From Phoronis australis (lineage: Eukaryota > Animalia > Phoronida), in contig NMRA01000286.1 in the NCBI GenBank assembly GCA_002633005.1, positions 293,259-357,258 on the forward strand: a DNA stretch of 64,000 nt, written 5' to 3'. Made by a program: the position numbers and the translations under genes. Below are positions 37,310 to 50,050 of this stretch, one piece after another. The notes under the pieces are model-generated. The model was not told the origin of the DNA and ran no database searches. It was given only the letters and a program-made list of their open reading frames with translations. How positions within the stretch are numbered: position 1 is the first letter of the stretch; the number at the start of each line of letters is the position of its first letter.

Positions 37310-38886
37310 GTTGATTGATGCTGTTGTGTGTTAGTGGTTGGATTTGTAATCAACTGAGAATGGATTTATAGGTGGCAGCACATATCATTGTTATTCTTGT
37401 TCATCATTTACTCCATTTGCTGTTACTGTTGCGTGTTATGTCTTATTGATATGGGGCAAAAGGTGTGCATACAATTGTGCACATTGGTGGAATATGCAGA
37501 GAATCATGTCTTGTTAGTCCTGTGCACATTGTCATAGCATTGGTCTATTCTATCTTGTGAGAGCCGCCTTCACATAGAAATTCGGTGTGTTTGTTTTTTT
37601 GTAGAGGTCTCCCTTTGTCAAAACATATCATCACTATGACATACACGTGTGCGAGATTGTTTACAGTTTGGCGCATAAATAATGAGGTTCATTAGGTAAC
37701 ACTGCCCTCTTTTTTCTAAGCTTTGAAAGTTCATTCACAGATTGCTTTTCTTTGGTCAATTACTTTTTATTCAAAACAAAATCTATTTCACTATAATTCA
37801 ACGGCATAAATTACGAAACTGCATAAACTAGTTATTTCTGGATTGTCACAGAACTCTCGCCAGATCTCGCCTAAATACCTTTATTTCTGTGATTTGGTAA
37901 AATAAAAATACGATATGTCGTATATTTGAGAATGTGTTATTTCATGGACAAAAATGCTTGTAAATAACTATGCAATATTTATATATACAATGAAAAGAGA
38001 TCAATCTGCTCACTGTGCTAGAAAAAATGTGACTGGTGAATAAGTTTGCCTTCTGTCCTCGTTAACCTTTTGTGAGGTCACTTGTTTGATTTTTTTGCTA
38101 AAATGCCAGCTGAATAATTTTGACAAGACATTAAGTGTCAAAGACATTGTTTTATTCTTGTTAATTCTAACCACGAACACGCAGTTTGATGATATGATCA
38201 TAAAATCACAAAATATGCCATCATGTGATTCAAAATGATTTGTGTATTGCTTTTAAAGTATATCTGCTCAAACTGCTGAGAAATTATTTAACTCAGGTTT
38301 TTGATCAGTTCTTCATCATGCCTGCATGTAATACAAAAAGTCATTAACATATTTTATGTTAACTGAATAGCAACATATATGCCTGCCATGAGTTGCTACA
38401 AGACGACCATGGCTATTCACCATTACCACTCTAGGACTATTTTTGAAAATAAAATTTAGTTTTTGCGAACTCGGGTAAAAATTATTCATTTAGGTTTGGG
38501 TTGGATTAAGACATTAGTTTCTTAACAGTGTGTGATCGTGTGGTTGGCAGAGGTTAAAATTTTGAGGTCCAGTCTGTTTTTGAGGGATAAAATTCTGGTC
38601 TTTTAGCAGGGAGTTGTTATACTTTTGTTTTGATTTGTTTTGTTATAATAATAATCAGTGCTTATTAAATTGTTCATTTGAAAAACCTTGTTGTGACAAA
38701 CGTAGTTACACCAGAGGAATGTATACCAAGACGCACAGAATATGAAGCTTTAAAAACTATGCGCAAACTGGTTTGAGGAAGTTGCAGAACCTTACTTATT
38801 CTGACAGCTGCAGCATCAATACAAAACTCGTCAATGAAATGCATACCAGTAGTGAGCTTGGGATATATGTTCTTGATTTCACTTTG

Positions 38887-39408
38887 ATGTGATGTGTGAA
38901 CATGTAAAGTACACAAATATGGACCAATCTGATATACCCGAGGGATCGGTCCATATCCCTTTGTTACATAGGCCATGATATGATGTGTGAACAATGTAAA
39001 GTACACAAATATGGACCAATCTGATATACCTGAGGGACCGGTCCATATCCCTTTGTTACACAACCATGATGTGATGTGTGAACATGTAAAGTACACAAAT
39101 AAGGACCAATCTGATATACCCAAGCGATCGCTCTATGTAAAGTACCCAAATATGGACCAATCTGATATACCCGAGGGATCGCTCCATGTAAAGTACACAA
39201 ATATGGACCAATCCGATATACCCAAGGGATCACTCCGTGTAAAGTACACAAATATGGAGCAATCTGATATACCCGAGTGATCGCTCCATGTAAAGTATAC
39301 AAATATGGACCAATCTGATATACCCAAGGGATCGCTCCATGTAAAGTACACAAATGTGGACCAATCTGATATACCTGAGGGATTGATCCATATCACATTG
39401 TTACACAA
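38887..39408. repeat. Compound minisatellite: two ~91-bp units, then about six 51-bp units
   Basis: Core ATGTAAAGTACACAAATATGGACCAATCTGATATACCCGAGGGATCGCTCC. Confidence 0.92.
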
Positions 39409-40917
39409 CCGGGATACTTCTTTCCTATGATTTTTCGTTTATTAGATTAGCATTTTCTTACCTACTTCCGTGTACTGAAATCATTTGTTCTCTTCCCTGT
39501 GTGGGTTTATTGCATCCGATTGGTCAGAACGTAAATAGCAACATCTGTCTGGATTGCATAATTGCAGGGATATTTTACAGCCAGATTGTGTAATATTACG
39601 ATATATTGTTAGTTTTCATGCTGCATTTTAGCCAAGCAGAATACAGAATTATCAGTGTTCATGTAATGACACAGTGGCATTTCCTTGTTACTTCAACAAC
39701 ACGGGGTGTGGCGTTGCTACCCCGATCTTTTAATTTAACTGTGCTCCACATGGTTTTTGTAGAGGTCTTTGCCTCTGAGCTTGCCCAGGGGAGGGTTACT
39801 CCATAACACCAGCAATAAATGATTTTCAGTTTCACATTATAAGAATTTTAATGGGAAATTGATTGAAATTGGTAAACAGTGAAGCGCTTTATGTTTGCAT
39901 TATTGGCTGTTAAGAAAACAATTAAATAAATGTGATTGTGTAGAATTATAAACTATAATTGAGGAAAACGATTCATTTCTCAACATGTTCAATAACGAGA
40001 TTACACATCTTTTGACATTGAAAGACAATATCGAAAAATTATCGTACATTATTCTGTAAAACTCACACATAAAGAATCCTTCACCATAGTACAAAACTAA
40101 ACTAAACTACAAAACACTCACTTACATCCAGAAGCAGTTTGACAAACAAAAGTAATAAAATCAAAATACATCAGACTATCTTTACAATCATACTATTCAT
40201 TTTAAAATTATGAGTCTCATGAGGTGACAATAATGTAAGTACCAATTCAATGAGGTAATGCCAATGATAATGATTCATGATAAGGTTATGAATATCACAC
40301 TTCTTAATTCATATTCATGATGGCTTCTCTTTACAACCATGTTTTAGATGTTTAACTTCACCAGGCCAGTCAAGCAACCACGAATTTATAGCTTTTCAAC
40401 AATGGCGTGCTTCCACAAACGCATGACACCCTAAACAGCAAGGTCATTTCTGATTGAAAAAATATGTCACTTAGATAAATACCCAGAGCAAACAGTGCAA
40501 ATTTCCCCCGCTTTGTGCACAATGTAAGTGGAAGTGAACACAAAAATGTGCAAGGAGGACCAGTATCTTTCACAGTCTGTACCTTGTACTCTTACATCGA
40601 CATCCATATTCATTGGTTTTGTAGCATTGATGTTTTAAATCTTGCTCAAATCAACTCTCTTTGATTTGCCACATTAGGTTAGGTCCCACGCTGCTTGGCT
40701 CAGAAGTTATTTTCAGAAAACAGTCACTGAGTTCAAACTGGAGGCAATGAGTGACTGGTCAGGCATAAATGCAATCTCCAACAGAGTGTAGAGCAGGCAA
40801 GTGGGGAGGCAGAAATAATCCAATTTCACTTAATTGACTTTTCAGTACAAATACAACAATGGGCTGCAAGCCACAGTCTGTGACAATCCTCTACTATGAC
40901 GTTGTGCAGTAATTTGC

Positions 40918-41064
40918 CTAGTGAAACCTATATTGTTTAGCTGGCTTTAAGTTAATGTATGTCTTCTTCATTTCATCAGTCATTTCTTTCTTTACTTCGC
41001 TGAACCTCTCGCCCTTTGTACTGACCACCTGACCCTCTCGGTAGCGAATCATCTTCTTCGCATC
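40918..41064 (-). CDS. CUEDC2: CUEDC2 last coding exon
   Basis: [48 protein letters not shown]-stop. Confidence 0.93.
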   Translation of the reverse strand, partial: DAKKMIRYREGQVVSTKGERFSEVKKEMTDEMKKTYINLKPAKQYRFH

Positions 41065-44000
41065 CTAGATGAATGAATCAATAAAAACAAAGTACAGTTT
41101 CAACCAACAAGCTTTGTATTTGGAAATCACTTCAAATGGTACCTTCAAACAGTCGGTCAAGTCAATATCCTGACTAATCTAACCACCAAAATCACTTCAA
41201 ATGATACCTTCAAACAGTCGGTCAAGTCAATATCCTGACTAATCTAAACACCAAAATCACTTCAAATGGTACCTTCAAACAGTCGGTCAAGTCAATATCC
41301 TGACTAATCTAACCACCAAAATCACTTCAAATGGTACCTTCAAACAGTCGGTCAAGTCAATATCCTGACTAATCTAACCACCAAAATCACTTCAAATGGT
41401 ACCTTCAAACAGTCGGTCAAGTCAATATCCTGACTAATCTAACCACCAAAATTAAAAGATATTCTATTTCGGTCAAAAAGTAAATGCTAAACTTAACACT
41501 TTTCTTATTTTTCAAACACTAACATTGGTGAAAATGTTCAATGCTAGCAAAGTGAAATTTTCTTAAGTTCTGTTGAGAAATTTTGACAAAATGAAATTTC
41601 TTTTGCCTGCCATATTGTGTCTTAAACTGGAGATTTTTTCGTAGCTTTGACGTCATAACACCAGGTAATCTTATACTTTGTATCTTTTTTCCAACAATTT
41701 GTTGTAGCTTTACAGAGCTTTGACTGACCATGAGGCTAATGTTTGTGCAACAAAAACTTGATAGATTTCTGTGATGTTCGACATTGGGCAGGCTCATTAT
41801 TGAGCTTGTAAGATGCAACCTCTGGTAAACCTGTCAGTGAGGAATTATGTAAAGCGCTATAATTTGTTACCGGGGTAATTCAAATTGACAGTTTTGATTT
41901 TTTGCAAAAGTCACACATGTAACATGAAATAGTGATAAATTTGCAAGAATTAAATACATACTTGTGATTTTCCCATGGATTCCTAAACAGAACAAAGTTG
42001 AAAATCACGCTTTTAGCTTTTAAATTAATGACCATCCACAAGACCAGCTGTTGCTGCTTTAAATGAAATATACAATTTCATGATGAAGAACATTTTGTAA
42101 ATTGTGACTCCATGATATTTGTGAATACTTTGCAAAGCACTGATTTCGGTGTGAAGTGATTATAAGAATGTTTATAAAGTTTGAAAGGATATCGGTTTTA
42201 CCGCCAAAAAACATATTTTTCTGATTACTGTTGGATGGGATAGACTTCTTGAAGTTATTACCTTCGACCAAAGTTATAAAACAGCAAAATCCATTGTTTT
42301 TTGATAACATTACAAATCGCCAATTTTCACCATTGTCTGCCAGACATTTGCTGAAATCAAGGCTAGTGTCTTTATGATTTAAATACTCTTAATACACTCT
42401 GCTACAAAACAGAGGCAGAGCATTCAGCTGAGCTACTATGAGATAGCAGATTTGATTCCGCACAACAACTAATTTCAGTAAAACTGATTTTCTTTCCGAG
42501 AACCTCCCTTTAAACCAGACAAACATTCTTTTACTGTTTGTCTTTAGTAATAAATTTCTAGCCTTTGTACTAAATTACCTTGGTTTTCAGAACAGGTCGG
42601 TGTGTTTTCTTGTCTTCATCAGTGTCTACGTATGCATATCGGTCAACAATGTGCTGCTTAGAAACCTTTCCATTGTCAAGTTCTGATAGAGACTTGTGTC
42701 TTACTCTTGGAACCTTAAAGTAATAGACAGATAGTCAGTTCACACATCGGCAAAATGTAGTCAGTTTCACCAGTTAAAAGTCCCTCAAAAACACAGCTGA
42801 TGTGAATGATTGCAAAATGTAGTCAGTTTCACCTATTAAAAGTTACTCAAAAACAAAGCTGATAGGAATGATTGCAAAATGAAGTCAGTTTCACCTATTA
42901 AAAGTCGCTCAGAAACACAGCTGATGTGAATGATTGCAAAATGTAGTCAGTTTCACCTATTAAAAGTCGCTCAAAACACAGCTGATGTGAATGATTGCAA
43001 ACTGTAGTCAGTTTCACCTATTAAAAGTTGCTCAAAAACAAAGCTGATATGAATGATTGCAAAATCCATTTCTGCCAACTTCAGACACTATTTACTCAGA
43101 TTGGAAAAAGCTCACCATGACATTTCAATTTATGAAACCGGTATTGCCTAATAAAAGTATTTAGTTAAGCGCTGTTTTCTACCGTTTTTGGTGCAAACAT
43201 GATGAAAATACAAAGAATTTCCAAAAGAACCCTCACCAAGTAACATCTCCAAAGAGAAGAGGTTTGAAAAAGCCACTGAGGGGACTCTTTTGTCATCATT
43301 TTGCACACACACGTGAATGAAAAATGTGCAAGGTGTCATCAATTGCTCAATTTTTACTCTAAAAATATTTGAAGTTTATTACTTGCACAGAAAGACTTCA
43401 CAGGACTTTTCTTATGGTAGCTTATCTGCCGACAAAGCAAATCAAGGTGGAATTTCAAGTTCATGACCAATCAGAGCACAGCGGTTAGCAATACAAGCTT
43501 TTGAAAGGTACCGGGGTCAACAACAAAAAAATTCCCAAATAGCCCCAGTACATTTTTGTGATGAAGGAGACCTTTGGGGGCTTTTCTGAACATAAAATGA
43601 CATTTAAGTGAAAATCTATAATTTATCTTAGCTTGCAAACAAATCACAACTGAAACAAAAACTTCCACAATTTTATGTTCTGGTGTTTCCCTCCATTTCA
43701 CAATAACAAATGCCTGTCAGTGAGTTACCACTGGATCATAACCCAAGATGCACTACCATTTAAATCATGCAACATCCTCAAATAGATCCAATGGTTCAGA
43801 CTCACTTTAGACTTCTCCTTGAAGGCTTCCCCACTTTCTAGCCTGTCTAGTATCAGCTGCACCGCCTCCTCTGGGTTGCCGTTGGTAACACTCAAACAAT
43901 GCTTAACCTCAATACTACATGCATTAGGGAACATGTCTTGCAGCATTTTGACTCGTTCATCCAATTCTGGGTCGCACTCCGCCTTCAAAGAAACACATTG

Positions 44001-47000
44001 CAAAGGTTGTTCGGTTTTCTTTCCTCACAATGCACTCATGATTATATTCAATACACAGCTTTTTCACACCTAAGTTTTGGACCAAATGCAACTTTCCGCC
44101 AGACTGTGATACAGATCTAAAACGTCTGCTATCCAAAAAATCNAATACATGTTTGATTCAATTCTAATTATGAGAAAAAAGGTCACCTTACATTAACCTA
44201 CAACCACTAAATACTCCTTATGCTTTGATTAATATGGAAACAGACTTGCGTTGTCTTCCAATCACTCTATCACACTCATCTGGCCTACTCATGATATTGA
44301 ATGAGACTGATAATGATACTAAAAGTGATACTAATAATGGGGCATTTGTTACAGAGAATATAATATTTTAAGAAATTTGGTATACAGTACATAACTCTAC
44401 CTGGGCTACCTCCGATGGTGACACTAAAGGGCTCTCCCCTTCTGAATCTTTTCTGTTCTTGGGTTCAACAAAGTTAAAGAATGGTTTTGCAGCTGAGCTC
44501 ACTTCTGGAGATGAGTCAGCCTCAGCCTCACAGTCTTCCCCGTTGTCACTGAGACGAGAAGCCAACTCAAACATCCACTCACTGACTTGTTCACTGAAAT
44601 GACAGCCATAGCAACAATGACAAAACTGTGTGTTTGTATATGAACAATAGTGATACTGGATGATACTAAACATCCTGTCTTAGACATAACCATGGATGTT
44701 TCCAACCATATTGACAGCACAAAGTTTGGATATCAGTAGCCAGTAAGTGAATTTTATGCATTTTGGAAGCTGACAATCTTCACAGATGGGTGCCACAAAT
44801 ACATGGGCATTTCAATAGAACTAAAAGTATCAGCAGTTATGGACAAGCAACTATGTTGGCATGAGGGCATACAAGTGAAATGTTGGACAATCTAGAAGTC
44901 AGGATTTAGGTGACCATGGGCATTATCCTACACTGAAATGATACACTGTGTGTTAAGAAGTGAAGTGCTGGCTTTATAGCACTGGTTGAATTAGTTCTTG
45001 TGTTGAAATTAATAACCAGAAGTGACCAATCATGGCTATTTTCAAGTTCTGTGGTCATGTCTATCACATCCATAGCTGCAACTCAAAACAAATGTGGCCA
45101 TGTTCAAGTGGCATGTGCATATCCATGGTTACACAACTGTAGTGACCTCCCATCACACCGCACTCACTCCAAAATTTCCAATGGCGTGAAGTGCGTCAGC
45201 CATAGTTTAACATAAAAGGGATGCTGACGTTTCAAGAACCTAAAAAACAGCCAGTTGGGAATTATTTCATCCTTTCAATAGGCATAAACTATGCTTACTT
45301 TTGGATGCCTCCAAAACCAGGCAGGTAAGCCTCCATCATCTCTGTGAACTGATCAACATCGAGGTTCTCTTCCGAACTTCCAAGTTCACCCAGATCCTCA
45401 AGAACACCAACCATGTAACTCAGTACAATGTCATCTATGGCGCTGAAATCGATGACGTTACAAAAAAATAGTTACCCATCTTGTACGGAAACCTTCCTTA
45501 ACAGTCTATGTACAATGAAGATTTCATTAAATTCCAACAAAAATAATAAATTACTGACATTTTTTCCATTTTTTCAAAAGCTCACTGCACTGCTAAAAAT
45601 GCTCAAAATTTCATTCTGAGTTTGTTTATGACAGCTCTACAATAGAAACTGCACAAACAACAAAGTAAAGTTTTTTGCTGCTACATGTTCATTGAAAATT
45701 TCGATAAAATGAATTTCGCCGTTCTGCCACATTGTGTTCTAAATTAAAGAAAATTTGCGCCATACAAAGTTCGTCTCCTTGGTTCCAAGACCAACGGTAT
45801 ATGAAACTTGATTCCATTCTTTAAGTAATGAGAGTACAGCAATTTGTACACAACCGAAAAACCATGAAAACAGCAGAACGGTTTAACATGTAAAATTAGG
45901 AACATTAACTCGACTTCTTAAACACCCATGCAGTGACTATTACGACAAGTCATTTCAACACTTATACTATACTGACATTAGAGGAACAAGTGCTGTGAAT
46001 TCGCCACGCAGCTCAAGAACGAGAGTGATGTCATATTGATGAAGAAATATAAAATGCGCTTAAATGGACTCATTTGATTAAATGCGAAGGCAACCTTTTT
46101 TCATGTCAGTTTTAGCAAAAATAAGTTCGTTGGTTACCCTAGACATATTTTCAACTTAATTACAGCTTTTCGTAATTTAATTAATTATTTGTTCTCTACT
46201 CTGGAAGTGACGTTTTGGGAGGCAAGAATTTCGCGACAATTTCTTTTCATATAGTCTGACTATGAGAGCTTTCGAGTCAGTCATTGATCTACCTCGGTTG
46301 TGATAAGTTAGGTCGTCGTTTGCTTTTGTTTACGTGTCAGTCAACATGCCACACTGTTGCTGTGTACCGGGATGTACTCATTATGGCCCAAAGCCTGTAA
46401 GCAGCCCTGCTGCGATGTTGAGTAATCACTGGGAGTGAATACAGGTCCAGTCAGTGAAGAGTACAGTTTGTCGTTCAATGAACAGATCGGTGAGCCAAAC
46501 TTTGATAAGTTTATTGTGGACTTGTCTAAAGTATTGGAGCTATTTAAAAGGTGCCAGGTGTGTGGCGAGGGAGTCACACGGCGGGGTGTAAGCAGTTTGT
46601 GTGCTCAGGTCACTATCCAGTGGGAGTGTGTCGCGGTACACTCGGGCAAGTGGGACAGTTGTTCTTCTGTTCATGAGACGATAATGAGTACATCCCGGTA
46701 CGCAGCAACAGTGTGGCATGTTGACTGACTCGTAAACAATAGCAAACGACGACCGAACTTATCACAACCGAGATAGAACAATGACTGACTCGGCAGCTCT
46801 CACAGTCGTACTATATGAAAAGAAATTGGCGCGAAATGCTTGCCTCCCAAAACGTCACTTCCGGAGTAGAGAACGAATAATTAACTAAATTACGAAAAGC
46901 TGTAATTAAGTGGAAAATATGTCTGGGATAACCAACGAACCTTATTTTTGCTAAAAAAGACATGAAAAAGGGTTGCCTTTGCCTTTAAGCGACGTGCAAA

Positions 47001-47166
47001 CAGGGGCAAGTACCATTCCTCAAGGGGTTGTGGGTTCGAATGCCGCTCATGCAGCGGTGCAAATGGATTTGCTCTTGAGGTTGTTAATACACTACCTTAC
47101 TGAGATGTCTGGATCATGTCTCTGAAGAAACTCCTCCAAAGACCTTTTAACAATCGCCTCAGTCAT
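40918..47166 (-). CDS. CUEDC2: CUE domain-containing protein 2, whole gene span; 6 coding exons, 867 nt, ~288 aa
   Basis: N-terminal [39 protein letters not shown]; CUE domain [30 protein letters not shown]; C-terminal [36 protein letters not shown]; matches remembered CUEDC2 sequence; all phases join. Confidence 0.93.
41124..41451. repeat. 65-bp minisatellite, 5 near-perfect copies
   Basis: Unit AAATCACTTCAAATGGTACCTTCAAACAGTCGGTCAAGTCAATATCCTGACTAATCTAACCACCA. Confidence 0.95.
42579..42713 (-). CDS. CUEDC2: CUEDC2 coding exon 5
   Basis: [45 protein letters not shown]. Confidence 0.88.
42750..43065. repeat. 62-bp minisatellite, 5 copies
   Basis: Unit GCAAAATGTAGTCAGTTTCACCTATTAAAAGTCGCTCAAAAACACAGCTGATGTGAATGATT. 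Confidence 0.94.
43806..43982 (-). CDS. CUEDC2: CUEDC2 coding exon 4 (CUE domain)
   Basis: [59 protein letters not shown]; MFP motif. Confidence 0.88.
44401..44593 (-). CDS. CUEDC2: CUEDC2 coding exon 3
   Basis: [24 protein letters not shown]...SPSEVAQ; TTTCAG/GTAGAG. Confidence 0.82.
45299..45442 (-). CDS. CUEDC2: CUEDC2 coding exon 2
   Basis: [47 protein letters not shown]. Confidence 0.93.
46082..46984. mobile_element. 903-bp foldback DNA transposon (Kolobok-like) with ~303-bp inverted arms and TTAA flanks
   Basis: TTAA (46078-81) then ATGCGAAGGCAACC ... GGTTGCCTTTGCCT then TTAA (46985-88); arms 46082-46384 and 46681-46984; each arm encodes [13 protein letters not shown]; spacer encodes [25 protein letters not shown]. 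Confidence 0.85.
47096..47166 (-). CDS. CUEDC2: CUEDC2 first coding exon (acceptor just above 47217, so a 5' UTR exon lies further upstream)
   Basis: [23 protein letters not shown] + AG|GTAGTG; phase 2 joins exon 2 to give S-AIDD. Confidence 0.82.
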
Positions 47167-47411
47167 TGCCTCAACTTTACATCATTACTAAGCACCAGCA
47201 CAGTTAAACTAGAACTCCTGAAAATGTACAGCGCAGAATACACAACTTGTTATCTGACTAAATCTTATATCTACAAGAGGTTAACTGATTTTTGATTTCT
47301 CATTTCCAGTGTCATTCAACCAAAAAGAATGTGGTCAGTACTAGTAGATCCCTAGGGCAGGGCAGTCACAAGAAATTTGGGTACGCATGTTTCAATAGTT
47401 TCAAGTGAAAG

Positions 47412-47567
47412 CAGTGTTGTAGCGGTAAAATTAGCGGTAAGTAGGCGCCCAAAGCCCATCGTATCACCTTGAGCACTGAATGTAGGTTACGGAGCGAAGG
47501 TGCTACCTTCAAATGCCAAAAGTTGGTTGGCTGCGCCTACGTGCGCCTATGCCCCACTACAGCACTG
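47412..47567. mobile_element. hAT-type MITE
   Basis: TIR CAGTGTTGTAGCGG / CCACTACAGCACTG; 8-bp flanks AGTGAAAG and CATGAAAG (6/8 match). Confidence 0.7.
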
Positions 47568-47661
47568 CATGAAAGTGTCACCTCAGGCCTGGGCACTTTA
47601 GAAATGTAGAGCACAATTTTGACAACAAGGGGCTATTTTAATCAATGTGCCAATATGTACC

Positions 47662-47778
47662 TAGGCCTCAAAAGCCCAGTCGCCAGCTGGGTGACCCAGT
47701 AAAACAAATCACCCAGCCAAAATTTAGGGTCACCAAGTTTTTAAACAGTGTTAAAACTATAGTGGGCTTTTGAAGACT
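47662..47778. mobile_element. Small MITE
   Basis: AGGCCTCAAAAGCCCA vs TGGGCTTTTGAAGACT as inverted termini. Confidence 0.45.
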
Positions 47779-48468
47779 CAAGTCTCATTTTGAACTGGCA
47801 GAGTCGACAACACTGCTGCCAAATATTAATCAAAGCCATTTGTTTATTGGGAGATGACGCCAGCTAGTCATCTATAACTGAGAATTCCCATTCTATCCAG
47901 AGAAATGCACTTTACGCATATCCCTACGACGCAGATGATAAATTGATCGAACTGCCTCTCTGAAACACACACTGACTCAAATTTTATTTAAATCCTGTCG
48001 AGGTTTGGGATTGGGCACTGACACTCTTTGACCTTACTTGAATGACGGTAGTGGGAAAAATCAAGATCACTCTTCACATTCACTCAAATCCTGATGCTGC
48101 AGGAATGTGCGTTTAGAACATGGTACACTGATGGTATTACTGATTCCATAAAAAGTTCTTTACGACATAACACGAGGTAAAACTAAACATGTTTGTTCTC
48201 ACAGCCTGCCCTAGAACATTAGGCGTTACATCCCAATTCCCAATCAGCAACTATGAATGCTTCTACCTCATACACTTCTTTAAGGGATTCCTTTTTGAAA
48301 CATACCAAAAGTTTCTGGCGATTGCTCTGCATCCCCCAATAAGAAATCTTAGATAAATTTACATTGTCAAAACTTCAAGAATCAAAACTTTTCAAAAAAT
48401 AAAAATGAGCAAATATATGTTATTCAGTTGGTAAAGATGACACTATATTATATATAGCACATATTCTA

Positions 48469-48614
48469 GGTAAAAGTTCAGTAAACGGGTCCCTCTTCAA
48501 AATGGCTTTTGGGAACCAGTTTTCACTGAATAATGGACATTGTCATATTTTACTCATTAAAAACTGGTTCCCGGTACCCATTTTGAAGACGGACCCGTTC
48601 ACTCGACTTACACC
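48469..48614. repeat. ~145-bp near-palindrome (MITE-like hairpin)
   Basis: GGTAAAAGTTCAGTAAACGGGTCCCTCTTCAAAATGG..GGGAACCAGTTTT vs AAAACTGGTTCCC..CCATTTTGAAGACGGACCCGTTCACTCGACTTACACC. Confidence 0.8.
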
Positions 48615-49699
48615 CAAATTCTACACATCTTCTCACTGAGAACTGTGCTAGTAGTAGGATTAGAGAGTGTGGTCACTTTCTTTAGCCAAGAACTTAGAAG
48701 TAGTACTGTACGGGTAGGTTAAAAACTGACCAGCCCATAGTTCCACAGATGCTGACTCTGTCTATAGTACTACAGATGCGATCTCACCAATCTGACCAAG
48801 CCACGGCACTAATCCTGCTAATGCTAATATAGTATTAATAGCAAGTACTTAGTCTTAATTAAGTTAGTGAGTAACTAATTATTTACAAATTATGACACTT
48901 GAAATGGGGTCGCAATATTCGACTAGTGCCTGTTCCATGTCTGATGATTCCGAAGTCATAAGCACTGTTATTTCATGACATGTTTACATAGCGATTCAAC
49001 TTAAAATGAACTCTGCAAACCTCTTCATCACGGGAACGCCAAATACCGCCTTCAAACTTGTAATTGATGGCTTTGTTGTGAACGTCTTCCGGTATAGTTC
49101 TCGGTTCTGCCACCAGGTTTCCATCAACTGACCCACGCAATGACTCAATGACTAGCTCCTCGCTGGTTCCCTGCGTGCTTATAGTAGCCCAGCCAGCTAC
49201 AACCAATGTCAGCGAGTGCACGGCTGCAGCGCGCCCGGTCTCTTCAAACGTGCGATGGCGGCATGGTCACTTGATGAAATGAGAGGCAGTGAGCCCAAAG
49301 AAATGCCGTTGTATGGAAAATGCGAGACAAGTATTTTTGTCTTACCACAGTAGGCCTACTTTTGATAACGTGTTCGCACTCTTCTGTCACTTTGGAGTGT
49401 GGCCGCCTCTGGGCTAGCTCCGAGGCCCCCCGGGATATCGATACCAGTGCTCCAGATACTCTGTTTACTAGTCCCGAGACATGAGCACTAAGAGCTCCGT
49501 CTCACGGTTTTTACAATCTGTTTGAGCCGATCGGGGAGCGCGCCTTTCTTGGCTGCAGGCCGGGCTCAACTAAGCCGGTTTGGCTCTGGGCAGAGTCGGA
49601 CGCAGTGGGNCTTGTTTCAGCCGTATATTAATTACTGGGGTTAGTTGATGAACTCAATTTTTCTTAACGCTCTGGTTGTTTCATTTTTTTCCGGCAGCC

Positions 49700-50050
49700 G
49701 GGCACCCCACCCCCCTAAATCCGCCTATGGGACATCATTTGTTAGTTATATTAATTTCAATTTTCTTAGACGCTAAACCCGTTGTTTTTGGAAATTTTAC
49801 ACACAAATCTCGTTCTGCCACATGGGTCAGTGGCGCAGCACTGAAATAAGTGGGGGGCTATAGCCCCCCTCCTCCCGCGTCCCCTAGCTATGGTGCGCCA
49901 CCCATGTAATACATCTCTGGCGTACCATTTGAATGACGAAAGCATTATTCAACTACAATATTCACACTTTGTTCTCTGCCATGACACTGACTGGGATCAG
50001 TGGCGGATTTAGAGGGGGGCCATGCCCCCCGCCCCTAAAATTCTCACAGA
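49700..50050. mobile_element. Cluster of short GC-rich hAT-like MITE ends
   Basis: CCCCCTAAATCCGCCTATG (~49711), CAGTGGCGCAGC...GGTGCGCCACCCATG (~49828-49905), CAGTGGCGGATTTAGAGGGGGG (~49998). Confidence 0.45.

Noticed and set aside
38674-39408. Repetitive ORFs of 91-149 aa on both strands
   Set aside because: By-products of a 51-bp (multiple of 3) minisatellite; no splice or homology support.
41124-43065. 62-65-bp period arrays as CRISPR repeat-spacer units
   Set aside because: The entire unit repeats; nothing varies like a spacer.
48973-49353. 82-aa minus ORF and a plus-frame stretch with CQRVHGC..GLFKR suggesting a neuropeptide precursor
   Set aside because: No in-frame start or signal peptide before the Cys motif (stops lie just upstream), no convincing exon chain and no recognised homology.
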